Assembly (NCBI GenBank): GCA_942492525.1
Contig: CALOFI010000005.1
Location: 128,001 to 142,399, forward strand
Direction of reading: 5' to 3'
DNA from: an uncultured Myxococcales bacterium
GTDB taxonomy: Bacteria > Myxococcota_A > Polyangia > Haliangiales > Haliangiaceae
Length of the DNA: 14,399 nucleotides
Positions 1-7,676 of this stretch are shown here, piece by piece. The notes under the pieces are model-generated. The model made no database searches, had not been told where the DNA came from, and worked only from the letters and a program-made list of their open reading frames with translations. The position numbers and the translations under genes are program-made. Position 1 is the first letter of the stretch, and each line of letters opens with the position of its first letter.

Positions 1-40
1 GATCTCCGTCGGAGATCCACCGAATCCCCCTCCGGACTGA

Positions 41-391
41 TCAGGGTTTGCCAGGGAAGGAATCGACGTACGTGATCTCGAAGTCCCCGAACGCGTCGAC
101 CAGCTTCACGGTGAAGTCAGGGAACGCGTCGACGAACTTCCAGCGGCCGCACTCGTCCGGGAACGCGTCGACCTTCTTCACCCGCAGATCCGCGAACGCG
201 GTCACGACGCGCACCTCGAAGTCCGGGAACGCTTCGACGAGCTTCACGCGCCCGTGGAGCTTCTTGCCGCCGAACGTGCAATCGCCGCCGATCTTCGTCG
301 CGGCGATCGGCTCGCCGCGCGTCGTCGACGGTGACGCCACCACCAGCGGCGCGATCGCGAGCAGCAGCACCGGGCCGGCGAGCAGCTTCAT
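41..391 (-). CDS. small secreted tandem-repeat protein (VDAFPDF-type repeats), function unknown
   Basis: 116-aa ORF. ATG is at 389-391 (rc) and stop TGA (rc) at 41-43. The N-terminus MKLLAGPVLLLAIAPLVVASP is hydrophobic and signal-peptide-like. The body is 6 imperfect 11-13-aa repeats: LVEAFPDF, VTAFADL, VDAFPDE, VDAFPDF, VDAFGDF, VDSFPG. Third codon positions are G/C-rich in this frame. An overlapping + strand ORF (48..398) is Ser/Thr/Ala-rich shadow. Confidence 0.6.
   Translation of the reverse strand: MKLLAGPVLLLAIAPLVVASPSTTRGEPIAATKIGGDCTFGGKKLHGRVKLVEAFPDFEVRVVTAFADLRVKKVDAFPDECGRWKFVDAFPDFTVKLVDAFGDFEITYVDSFPGKP
59..240. repeat. imperfect tandem DNA repeat (period 33-39 nt, ~6 copies) encoding the VDAFPDF peptide repeats
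   Basis: The motif gaacgcgtcgac (or variants gaacgcggtcac, gaacgcttcgac, gaatcgacgtac) recurs at 59, 89, 122, 161, 194 and 227, read directly from the sequence. Confidence 0.6.
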
Positions 392-522
392 GCCGTGACG
401 CTACCACCGCGGACGGCGCGAGGCCCGACGCGTCTCCCGCGCCGCCGCGAAGCGTGATCGGCGCGACAGGTCAGCGTCAGGTCACACGATGTCCGGAGCA
501 AACTGACCCGGGCGTCATCTTT

Positions 523-555
523 TTGCTTCAACGCCCTGAAATCGCGCAGTAGGCT
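523..555 (+). promoter_or_regulatory. candidate promoter for the hydrolase gene (TTGCTT ... TAGGCT) in a locally AT-richer intergenic stretch
   Basis: The only relatively AT-rich segment in the window (catctttttgcttcaacgccctgaaatcgcgcagtaggct). The -35-like TTGCTT is at 523-528 and the -10-like TAGGCT at 550-555, but the spacer is 21 nt, longer than the canonical 17. This is a weak call. GGGAGG (562-567) is a Shine-Dalgarno 5 nt before the TTG start at 573. Confidence 0.2.
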
Positions 556-572
556 GCCCGCGGGAGGAAGCC

Positions 573-2579
573 TTGCGTACGATCTCGCACACGATCGGTG
601 CCCTCGTGGCACCCGCGTTCATCATCTTCGTGGCGGCTTGCGGAGGCGACGACGCGCCGCCGCCGGACATCGCCGCGCACTGCAACCCGCTCGGTGGGGT
701 GACGTGCATGGCGCCGTGGCCGTCGATGGTCTACGCCGACGTCGACACCACCACCGTGACCGGCTTCCGCGTCGCGATCCCGCAAGCCGCGATGCCGGTC
801 AACGCCAACAGCGTGGCGGTCGAGGTCGAGCCGTACAACCGCTTCGACGGCTTCTCGCCGTCGGGACCGATCCTCGCGACGTTCCCGGGCGGGGTCAGCG
901 CCGAGGGCCTGCCGCCGCACCGCGATCCCGCGCAGTCGCTGGCCGCGGACTCGCCGATCATCCTCCTCGACATGGACCGCGGCGAGCGCGCCGTGTTCTT
1001 CGCCGAGGTCGACATGAGCGTGCCCGACAACCTGCCCCAGGGCGCGCCGGAGACGCTGCGGTCGTTGATCATCCGGCCGCTCGTCCGCCTCGAGCCGAAC
1101 ACCCGCTACGCGGTCGCGATCCGCGACACCGTGCGCGGCGGCACCGGCGGCGCGCTGCCGGTCTCCGACGCGTTCGCGGCGCTGCGCGACGGCACCTCGT
1201 ACAACCACCCGCTGATGGCCAAGCTCGAGCCGCGCTACGACGCGATCTTCGCGGCCCTCGAGGGCGAGGGCGTCAGCCGCGACGAGCTGGTGCTGGCCTG
1301 GGACTTCCACACCGCCTCGGACGAGATGCTGACCTCGGACCTGCTGGCGATGCGCGCCGACGCCACCGCCGCGATGGGCGCGACCGGCGAGAACCTCACG
1401 TTCGACCTGACCTCGTTCGACGGCAACCCGGCGCTCGTCAACAAGCTGATCGTCGGCACCATCGAGTCGCCCGACTTTCTCACCGCCGGCGAGAGCGATC
1501 CGTCGATCCTGCGCCGCGACGCGGCCGGCCGCCCGTCGATGATGGGCATGCGCGACGCCAACTTCTCGGCGATCATCCCGGCCTGCGTCGCGACCCAGCC
1601 GCTGCCCATCCCGGTGATGATCTTCGGCCACGGCCTGTTCGGCTCGGGCGAGGGCTACCTCAACGATCGCTTCCTGCAGGAGGTCGCGCGCGACTTCTGC
1701 TTCGTCGTGGTCGCCGGCGACTGGATCGGCCTGACCGAGCGCCAGATCGGCGTCGCCGCGCTCGCGGCCAACGACCTCAACTGGACCGGCGGCATCACCG
1801 AGAAGCTCGCGCAGTCGGTGATCGACTTCATCTCGATCGAGCGGATCACCCGCGGCCCGCTCCACGACAGCGCGCTGTTCGCCTACGAGGGCACGCCGGT
1901 CATCGACCCCAGCCGCGTCTACTACTTCGGCGCGTCGCTGGGCGGCATCATGGGCTCGTCGTTCATGGCGTACGACCAGAACGTCACCCGCGGCGTGCTG
2001 GGCGTCCCGGGTGGACCGTGGACCATGCTGTTCGAGCGCAGCTACGCGTGGAACGCGCTGTCGGGCCCGGCCCGCGCGTCGTACCCCGACCCTGCGAACT
2101 TCCAGATGATGGTCTCGCTGCTCGGCTGGCGCTTCGAGCCCTACGATCCGATCACGGCGGCGCCGCACCTCTTGCGCGATCCGCTGCCCGACACGCCCAT
2201 CAAGACCATCCTGCTGTACGACGCCGTCGCCGACAGCCTGGTGGCCAACATCTCCTCGGAGACGCTGGCCCGCACGATCGGCCTCGACATCGTCATGCCC
2301 ACGGTCAAGCAGCCGTACGGCTTCACCGCGGCGACCGGCGGCAGCCTCAGCGCGTTCGCGGTCTACGACGAGGTGCCGGATCCGCTGGGCGACTTCGAGG
2401 TCCCCAGCGAGTTCAACCTGCCCCCGGCCGGCGACAACGGCACCCACGCCAACGTCCACGAGCGCCCCGCCGTGCTGCGCCAGATCGAGAACTTCCTCTA
2501 CAACGGCGTGGTCTCGAACGAGTGCCACGACGGCAAGGTCGCCGCGCCCTGCGCGTGCATGACCGGCTACTGCCAGTGA
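573..2579 (+). CDS. secreted lipoprotein, alpha/beta-hydrolase fold (putative esterase/lipase), 668 aa
   Basis: TTG start at 573 is preceded by GGGAGG. The N-terminus MRTISHTIGALVAPAFIIFVAAC GGDD carries a lipobox (VAAC). The nucleophile elbow GASLGG (in YYFGASLGGIMGS) and a GHGLFGSGEG segment are typical of Ser hydrolases. The C-terminus is Cys-rich (ECHDGKVAAPCACMTGYCQ). GC3 is near 100% in this frame, and the two longer overlapping ORFs (528..2528 -, 638..2584 +) are Arg/Ala-rich shadows. Confidence 0.85.
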   Translation: MRTISHTIGALVAPAFIIFVAACGGDDAPPPDIAAHCNPLGGVTCMAPWPSMVYADVDTTTVTGFRVAIPQAAMPVNANSVAVEVEPYNRFDGFSPSGPILATFPGGVSAEGLPPHRDPAQSLAADSPIILLDMDRGERAVFFAEVDMSVPDNLPQGAPETLRSLIIRPLVRLEPNTRYAVAIRDTVRGGTGGALPVSDAFAALRDGTSYNHPLMAKLEPRYDAIFAALEGEGVSRDELVLAWDFHTASDEMLTSDLLAMRADATAAMGATGENLTFDLTSFDGNPALVNKLIVGTIESPDFLTAGESDPSILRRDAAGRPSMMGMRDANFSAIIPACVATQPLPIPVMIFGHGLFGSGEGYLNDRFLQEVARDFCFVVVAGDWIGLTERQIGVAALAANDLNWTGGITEKLAQSVIDFISIERITRGPLHDSALFAYEGTPVIDPSRVYYFGASLGGIMGSSFMAYDQNVTRGVLGVPGGPWTMLFERSYAWNALSGPARASYPDPANFQMMVSLLGWRFEPYDPITAAPHLLRDPLPDTPIKTILLYDAVADSLVANISSETLARTIGLDIVMPTVKQPYGFTAATGGSLSAFAVYDEVPDPLGDFEVPSEFNLPPAGDNGTHANVHERPAVLRQIENFLYNGVVSNECHDGKVAAPCACMTGYCQ

Positions 2580-2586
2580 GCTGAGC

Positions 2587-2650
2587 GGCGGCGGCGCCGC
2601 CGCCTGAGACCCGATGGACCCCGCAACGCCCGCAGCGTCGCGGGGTCTTT
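2587..2650 (+). terminator. double hairpin downstream of the hydrolase gene (candidate intrinsic terminator)
   Basis: A perfect 18-bp palindrome ggcggcggcgccgccgcc lies at 2587-2604. A second hairpin at 2617-2647 (gaccccgcaacg / cgtcgcggggtc, 12-bp stem with 1 mismatch, 7-nt loop) is followed by TTTcacgTTTg. Confidence 0.5.
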
Positions 2651-2672
2651 CACGTTTGCGCGGCGGCCGGTA

Positions 2673-2686
2673 GCGACCGCGGTCGC
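2673..2686. promoter_or_regulatory. perfect 14-bp palindrome gcgaccgcggtcgc upstream of the peptide-transporter gene (possible operator)
   Basis: Read directly from the sequence. It sits about 65 nt upstream of the POT start, in the intergenic region after the terminator. Confidence 0.25.
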
Positions 2687-2752
2687 CGCCGGCAAGCGGC
2701 TGCCAGCGGCGCGGCTGAATCCGGTATCCGAGGTGTGGTACATGCCCACCTC

Positions 2753-4522
2753 ATGAGCCAGGCCGCGATGACCCAGGTGGCCGGCGGGGGCAAGAAGCAC
2801 CCGCCGGGACTGTACGTCCTGTTCTTCACCGAGATGTGGGAGCGCTTCAGCTTCTACTTGATGATCGGCATCTTCTACCAGTACCTGGTCGACTCGCAGA
2901 CCGGCGGCATGGGCTGGTCGGGGACCAAGGCCGCCAGCGTCGTCGGCAGCTACATCGGCCTGGTCTACTTCACGCCGTTCCTGGGCGGCCTGATCGCCGA
3001 CCGCCTGCTCGGCTACCGCAAGACCGTCATCTTCGGCGGGCTGTTCTTCATCGCCGGTCACACGCTGCTGGCCTTCCCCACCGAGGCGATGCTGTACCTC
3101 GCGCTGGGCTGCCTGATCATCGGCAACGGCCTGTTCAAGCCGAACATCTCGACGATGGTCGGCCGGCTGTATCCCAAGGACAGCCCGCACCGCGACGGCG
3201 CCTACACGATCTTCTACATGGGCATCAACGTCGGTGCCTTCATCTGCAACTTCGTCGCGGCGATCGTCCGCAACGCGTACGGCTGGCACTGGGCGTTCGC
3301 CACCGCCGGCTTCGGCATGGCGATCGGCCTGGTCATCTTCCTGTTCGGCCAGAAGCACCTCGCCGCCGCCGACATCAAGCCGCGCGAGTCGAAGGAGCCC
3401 AAGGAGAGCCTCACGCCGCTGTGGGTCGAGTGTCTCGGTCCGGCGGTCGTGATGGGCATCATCGGCTACTACGTCGGCCAATCGGGGCCTGCGTTCTTCC
3501 AGGAGCGCTTCGGCCCGACCACCACCGCCTTCGTCTTCATGTGCGTCCCGGTGATCTGGTTCTACGTGCGTATCTGGATGGGCATCAAGGACGCGGGCGA
3601 GCGCGGCCGGGTCGCCGCGCTGCTGACCATCTACGGCGTCGTCGTGGTGTTCTGGATGGTCTTCCACCAGAACTCGACCGCGCTGACCGAGTGGGCCAAG
3701 AGCAACACCGACCGCCAGCCCGGCAGCATCATCCAGCCGGTCATCGGCCTGGCGCCCGACTTCTCCGAGTCGGCGCCGCCCGAGTACTTCTACAACGCGC
3801 GGCCGGACACGCCGCGCCCCGATCCGTCGACGTACACGATCGTCCCCGACGAGGAGTACGAGCAGCTCAAGAAGGACAAGAAGCTCGCGGTCCGCGACGG
3901 CGTCGGCGAGACGCCGGTGACCCAGGCGATCTTCGACAAGGTCTACCAGGGCGCGACCGACGCGACGCCGCGGCTCGAAGCCGGCAAGCACCTCAAGCTG
4001 GTCAACACCGAGCTGTTCCAGTCGATCAACGGCGGCTTCGTGATGCTGCTGGCGCCGGTGATGGTCTTGCTGTGGAACCTGCTCAACCGCCGCGGCCGCG
4101 AGCCGTCGACGCCGGCCAAGATCGGCCTGGGCCTGTTCCTCACCGGCATGTCCGCGGTCGTGATGATCGGCGCGGTGGCCGCGGCCGGCAGCCCGGAGAT
4201 GAAGGTCTCGGCCTGGTGGCTGTTTGGCACCTACTTCGTGATCACGTTCGGCGAGCTGTGCCTGTCGCCGATCGGGCTATCGCTGGTGTCGAAGCTGGCA
4301 CCGCAGCGGCTGGCGTCGTTCATGATGGGCGGCTGGTTCATGTCGACCGCGATCGGCAACAAGCTGTCGGGCGTGTTCGGCGAGGCCTACCACGAGTGGG
4401 ATCACACCACGCTGTTCGCCGTGAACACCGGCTTCGCGGTGCTCGCCGCCGGCGCGATCTTCGCGTTGCTGCCGTGGCTGCGCCGGCAGATGTCGGTGGT
4501 CGACGCGCCCAAGGACAGCTGA
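2753..4522 (+). CDS. proton-dependent oligopeptide transporter (POT/PTR2 family di-/tripeptide:H+ symporter)
   Basis: PTR2 signature FTEMWERFSFY (ExxERFxYY motif) and GGLIADRLLG (GGxxADxxxG motif) are present, with about 12-14 predicted TM helices. The ATG at 2753 is preferred because it leaves ~24 aa before the ExxERF motif, as in DtpA-like proteins. In-frame alternatives are GTG 2735 and ATG 2768. The stop TGA at 4520-4522 overlaps the next ATG. Confidence 0.9.
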   Translation: MSQAAMTQVAGGGKKHPPGLYVLFFTEMWERFSFYLMIGIFYQYLVDSQTGGMGWSGTKAASVVGSYIGLVYFTPFLGGLIADRLLGYRKTVIFGGLFFIAGHTLLAFPTEAMLYLALGCLIIGNGLFKPNISTMVGRLYPKDSPHRDGAYTIFYMGINVGAFICNFVAAIVRNAYGWHWAFATAGFGMAIGLVIFLFGQKHLAAADIKPRESKEPKESLTPLWVECLGPAVVMGIIGYYVGQSGPAFFQERFGPTTTAFVFMCVPVIWFYVRIWMGIKDAGERGRVAALLTIYGVVVVFWMVFHQNSTALTEWAKSNTDRQPGSIIQPVIGLAPDFSESAPPEYFYNARPDTPRPDPSTYTIVPDEEYEQLKKDKKLAVRDGVGETPVTQAIFDKVYQGATDATPRLEAGKHLKLVNTELFQSINGGFVMLLAPVMVLLWNLLNRRGREPSTPAKIGLGLFLTGMSAVVMIGAVAAAGSPEMKVSAWWLFGTYFVITFGELCLSPIGLSLVSKLAPQRLASFMMGGWFMSTAIGNKLSGVFGEAYHEWDHTTLFAVNTGFAVLAAGAIFALLPWLRRQMSVVDAPKDS

Positions 4523-5361
4523 TGCGCGCCGCGGTCGGGCTCGGGGGGATCGGGCTGCTGGCCGCCGCGTGCGGCGGCCAGGCCGCGTCGTCGACCGGCG
4601 GCGGCGCGGTCGGCAACCAGGTCGGCGCGCCGACGTGGGCGCCCACGCTGAAGGTGCGCGCCGATCGCGTCCCGGGCTGGATCGGCCTGGCCGCCCGCCC
4701 GAACCGCGACGAGCAGGCCGCGCCGTGGTGGACACCGATCGACGCGGACGCGCCGATCGTGGTGCCGATCGTGCGGGAGGCGCCCGCCGAGGGCGCCGAG
4801 GTGCTGGTGGTGCCGACCGGCGGCACGCCCGCGCACCCGCCACGCCACCGCGGTCGCGCGACATCCTCTACGGCTGCGATGGCGGCTCCACGCTGCACGT
4901 CAGCCCGATCGACGGCGACCGCGTGCCGGCCGGCGTCGCGTGGGTGCTGCCGATGCCGCTGCCCGAGGCCTGGGCGCCGCGCGCGGTGCTGCTCGAGCCG
5001 GGGCGCAGCGAGGCCAGCGTGCGGACCTGGCAAGTCGGCCCGCTGCAGCTGACGTCGACGCAGACGGACGCCACCCACACGGTCCTCTCGATCAACGCCG
5101 GCGGCGCCGCGATCGGGACCGTGCCCGGCGAGCCGTACTCCATGGACGGCGCCGACTCCCGAGGCGATCGACCTCACCCAGGACCAGCCGGGCATCCCCT
5201 ACCCGATCGCCGCCTTCGAGGTCGCCGACGGCCAGCAGGTGATCCTCGTGCTGTTCCGGCCCAGCTACGAGGGCGCGCACTTCGAGACCTGGCTGGTCGA
5301 CGACGACGCGATCTCCAACCTCGACGAGCTCGGCCCCGACCTCTACTACTGCGCGTTCTGA
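4522..5361 (+). CDS. lipoprotein of unknown function, reading frame disrupted by 2-3 single-nucleotide shifts (possible pseudogene or sequence errors)
   Basis: The ATG at 4522 overlaps the POT stop (cTGATGc). The N-terminus MRAAVGLGGIGLLAAAC GG has a lipobox. Coding-like GC3 runs in frame 1 from 4522 to ~4830, in frame 2 for ~4832-4858, and in frame 3 for 4860-5157 (DILYGCDGGSTLHVSPIDGDRVPAGVAWVLPMPLPEAW...). It returns to frame 1 after the CCC run at 5158-5160 (..FEVADGQQVILVLFRPSYEGAHFETWLVDDDAISNLDELGPDLYYCAF*), with the stop at 5359-5361. Confidence 0.45.
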
Positions 5362-6140
5362 CCGGCGCCGAACCGCCGCGCGTCGACCAGCGGCGCGCGG
5401 CACGGCGCCTCGAGCGACACCAGGTACTCGCGCAGGCCGTCGTCGCCGACGGCGGCGAGCGTGGCCGAGCGGGTGCCGTAGCGCCCGGCGTGGATGCACA
5501 GGGCCTGGACCTGGCGCGCGGTCGCCGCGGTGATGAGCCCGCCCGGCGGCGGCTGCGGCGTGCGCTCCGGCGGCGGCAGCGTGTGGTCGGCGAGGATGCC
5601 GGCCAGCTCGGTGCGCAGCCGCGACCACGGCAGGTGCGCGACCGCGCCAGCGCGCGCCGCGGCGAGGTCGGCGCGCGGGAACTCCGGCGAGCCGATGCGA
5701 TCATTGGCGATCACGGTGACGCCGGCCGGCAGGGCGTGGAGCTCGGGCGCGTCGCCGTCGTGGACGTACGCGACCTCGACGCCCGAGGCGTCGCCCCAGA
5801 TCAGGTTGAAGCCGTTGTAGTCCTCGGGGCGCAGCGCCTGCACCTGCGCGCGCACCGCGTCGCGGGTGCCGCGCGCCAGCGCCTCGGCGACCACCGCGCC
5901 GCGCGACTTGCGGGTCGGGTCGGGCAGCTTGTGCGTGCGCTGGTTGGTCACCGCGACGACGAAGCCGCGCGCGGTCGCGCCCATCCAGGTGCCGCCGGAG
6001 ACCTGATCGCGCCCGCTGACGACGACGTCGTCCTGCCACGTCGGCCCGAGGGTCGGCCGCTCGAGCAGCTCGTCGCGGTTCGCGGCGACCACCAGCGGCA
6101 TGCCCGGGCAGGTCTGCCAGAGCACGATGACCGTGCACAT
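5346..6140 (-). CDS. NRDE family protein (DUF833, TANGO2-like)
   Basis: 264 aa. The N-terminus MCTVIVLWQ...LVVAANRDE carries the family-defining NRDE motif, followed by the typical GRDxxxGGTWMG segment. The ATG (rc 6138-6140) directly abuts the upstream gene's stop (TAG|ATG). The 3' end overlaps the + strand lipoprotein gene by 16 nt. Confidence 0.8.
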   Translation of the reverse strand: MCTVIVLWQTCPGMPLVVAANRDELLERPTLGPTWQDDVVVSGRDQVSGGTWMGATARGFVVAVTNQRTHKLPDPTRKSRGAVVAEALARGTRDAVRAQVQALRPEDYNGFNLIWGDASGVEVAYVHDGDAPELHALPAGVTVIANDRIGSPEFPRADLAAARAGAVAHLPWSRLRTELAGILADHTLPPPERTPQPPPGGLITAATARQVQALCIHAGRYGTRSATLAAVGDDGLREYLVSLEAPCRAPLVDARRFGAGQNAQ

Positions 6141-7673
6141 CTAGCGCTTCCTCGCCGGGGCGGTGCGCGCCGCCGACCGGGCGCGCAGCTGCGGCCTGGC
6201 GGTCGTGGTCGGCTTCGCTTTCGCTTTCGCTGGCGCCCTTGCCTTTGCCTTCGCCTTCGCGGGCGCCTTCGCGTTCGGCGGCGCCTTCGGCGGCGACTTC
6301 GCGTTCGCCGGCGCCTTCGCTTTCGTCGGCGCCTTCGCTTTCGTCGGCCCGGGCTGCCTTGTTGACAGCGACGACGCGGCGGTTGATGGCGCTGGCCGCG
6401 CGTCGCCGCCGCTCGCCACCCGCGCGACCTCGGCGGCGCGCTCGCGCACCTCGGCCTCGGTGTCGAGCGAGAAGCTGCGCGCGTGGCCGAGATCGTCCTC
6501 GAGGAACCGCGCGGTGTCGGTGGCGAGCCGGTCCAGCTCGGCGCGGGCCTCGCGGGCGAGCGGCGCGAACGACGCCCACAGCACCTGTCCGGTGTCGGGA
6601 TCCATCTCCCAGACCCCGGCGAGCTGATCACCGACGCAGCAGGTCCGGGTCAGCAGGTGCGCGACGTCGCCGAGCGTGCCGGCGCGCTGCCGGCCCCACG
6701 GCCGCACCGGTCGCGCCCACTGCGCGGAATCGACCACCCAGCGCGGCCCACCATGGGCGACGCAGAAGGTGTCCTCGAACGCCAGCAGCGTCACGCGATC
6801 GGTGGGCGCCGCCGGCTCGCGGAGCACGGCGAGGTCCTCGCCGAGGACCCAGGCCTCGTCGCTGAAGCCGTCGACCGCGATCGGCACCAGGTCGGCCTGC
6901 GCGCACGCCGAGCGCGCGTCGCGCTGGCTCAGGCCCGCCCACGCCGCGAAGTTCGCCACCGTCGCCGGTCCGGCGTGGCCGGCGAAGATCCGCGCCAGCA
7001 TCGCGAACCGCGCCGCCGGCTCGTCGGGGACACGCAGCGCCAGCGGCCCGGGCGCGCCGCGCGCGCTGCGCCACAGGTAGCGCTCGGTGTCGAGGCGCCC
7101 GCCGTCGACGGTGCGCTCGATCGCGCCGGCGAACTCGAGCTGGCGCAGCGCCACCGGCAGCGGCGACGACAGCCCGACCTGCTTGCCCGCCTCGCCGAGG
7201 CTGCGCACGGTGCCGTCGGGCAGCGCGCGGCGGATCGCGTCGGTGGTCATCGGGCCCGACGCCAGCGCCTGCGCGACCGCGCGGGCGACGTCGTCCACCT
7301 CGCCCCACGACGCGCCGCTCTTGCGCAGATCGCGATCGGCGCCCTTGCGCCAGGCCTCGCTGGCGATCCGCGACGCCAGCGGCGCGTGCACCGCGGGGAC
7401 CAGGTAGATGCAGCCGCGCACCGCCGGCATCACGCGCAGCCGCGACGCTTCGACCAGGGCGTCGAGCGCGGCGCGACGCAGGCCTGGCACGCGCGCGCGA
7501 CAGGCGAGGTAGACGTCGACGCCGCCGAGCGTGCGCACCCAGCCGCTCTGCGCGATCACCTCGTCAGGATCGCCCGGGAGCGGCACGCCCAGGCCGGTGC
7601 GTGCGTGCCAGTGCGCGCGCGCGCGTGGCAGATCGATGCGGAGCGCGGGGGGCGGCGTCCTGCCGACGGGCAT
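6141..7673 (-). CDS. winged-helix DNA-binding protein of the AlkZ/YcaQ (DUF1006) family with a Lys/Ala/Pro-rich histone-H1-like C-terminal tail
   Basis: N-terminal region LRIDLPRARAHWHARTGL...VRTLGGVDVYLACRARVPGLRRAALDALVEA...RVMPAVRGCIYLVPAVHAPL matches my recollection of the DUF1006/AlkZ-like pattern (GLLQAQDP-like segment, AL..RAR, MRGT.HLVPA). The C-terminal 70 aa are TKAKAPTKAKAPANAKSPPKAPPNAKAPAKAKAKARAPAKAKAK. The start is chosen at the internal ATG (MPVGRT, rc of 7671-7673). The ORF in the track extends to 7736 but would encroach on the egtB promoter region. Confidence 0.7.
   Translation of the reverse strand: MPVGRTPPPALRIDLPRARAHWHARTGLGVPLPGDPDEVIAQSGWVRTLGGVDVYLACRARVPGLRRAALDALVEASRLRVMPAVRGCIYLVPAVHAPLASRIASEAWRKGADRDLRKSGASWGEVDDVARAVAQALASGPMTTDAIRRALPDGTVRSLGEAGKQVGLSSPLPVALRQLEFAGAIERTVDGGRLDTERYLWRSARGAPGPLALRVPDEPAARFAMLARIFAGHAGPATVANFAAWAGLSQRDARSACAQADLVPIAVDGFSDEAWVLGEDLAVLREPAAPTDRVTLLAFEDTFCVAHGGPRWVVDSAQWARPVRPWGRQRAGTLGDVAHLLTRTCCVGDQLAGVWEMDPDTGQVLWASFAPLAREARAELDRLATDTARFLEDDLGHARSFSLDTEAEVRERAAEVARVASGGDARPAPSTAASSLSTRQPGPTKAKAPTKAKAPANAKSPPKAPPNAKAPAKAKAKARAPAKAKAKPTTTARPQLRARSAARTAPARKR
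6160..6360. repeat. low-complexity tandem repeat (ggcgccttcgc-type units) encoding the K/A/P-rich tail
   Basis: Direct reading of the sequence: gcgcccttgcctttgccttcgccttcgcgggcgccttcgcgttcggcggcgccttcgg... The antisense ORF 6163..6627 (FAFAFAG...) is a shadow of this repeat. Confidence 0.6.
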
Positions 7674-7676
7674 GCC

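Noticed and set aside
1-17. Palindrome GATCTCCGtCGGAGATC at the extreme 5' end of the window, downstream of the minus-strand repeat-protein gene
   Set aside because: It could be that gene's terminator hairpin, but it sits on the window edge. It begins with a GATC site and lacks visible flanking context (no U-tract within the window), so no call is made.
528-2584. Two very long ORFs overlapping the hydrolase gene (528..2528 minus, 666 aa; 638..2584 plus, 648 aa)
   Set aside because: Both translate to Arg/Ala/Gly/Asp-rich low-complexity sequence typical of off-frame or antisense reading of high-GC genes. The 573..2579 frame has near-100% GC3 and recognisable hydrolase motifs.
2567-5052. Long ORFs 2567..3991 (minus) and 2836..5052 (plus) overlapping the POT transporter
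   Set aside because: Shadow frames (Arg-rich). Only the 3' part of 2836..5052 (from the ATG at 4522) is real, as the lipoprotein N-terminus.
4830-5160. Programmed ribosomal frameshifting in the lipoprotein gene
   Set aside because: All shifts are +1-type. There is no slippery heptamer (X XXY YYZ) or downstream pseudoknot at the junctions, and the junctions lie in GC compressions. Indels or sequencing errors are more parsimonious.
4569-6365. 598-aa + strand ORF spanning the lipoprotein middle segment and the antisense of the NRDE gene
   Set aside because: Only 4860-5157 of this frame is coding-like, as the middle segment of the disrupted lipoprotein. The rest is antisense shadow of the NRDE gene.
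6163-6627. 154-aa + strand ORF with FAFAFAGAFAFGGAFGG repeats
   Set aside because: Exact antisense of the K/A/P-rich tail-encoding repeat of the AlkZ-like gene, so it is a shadow ORF.
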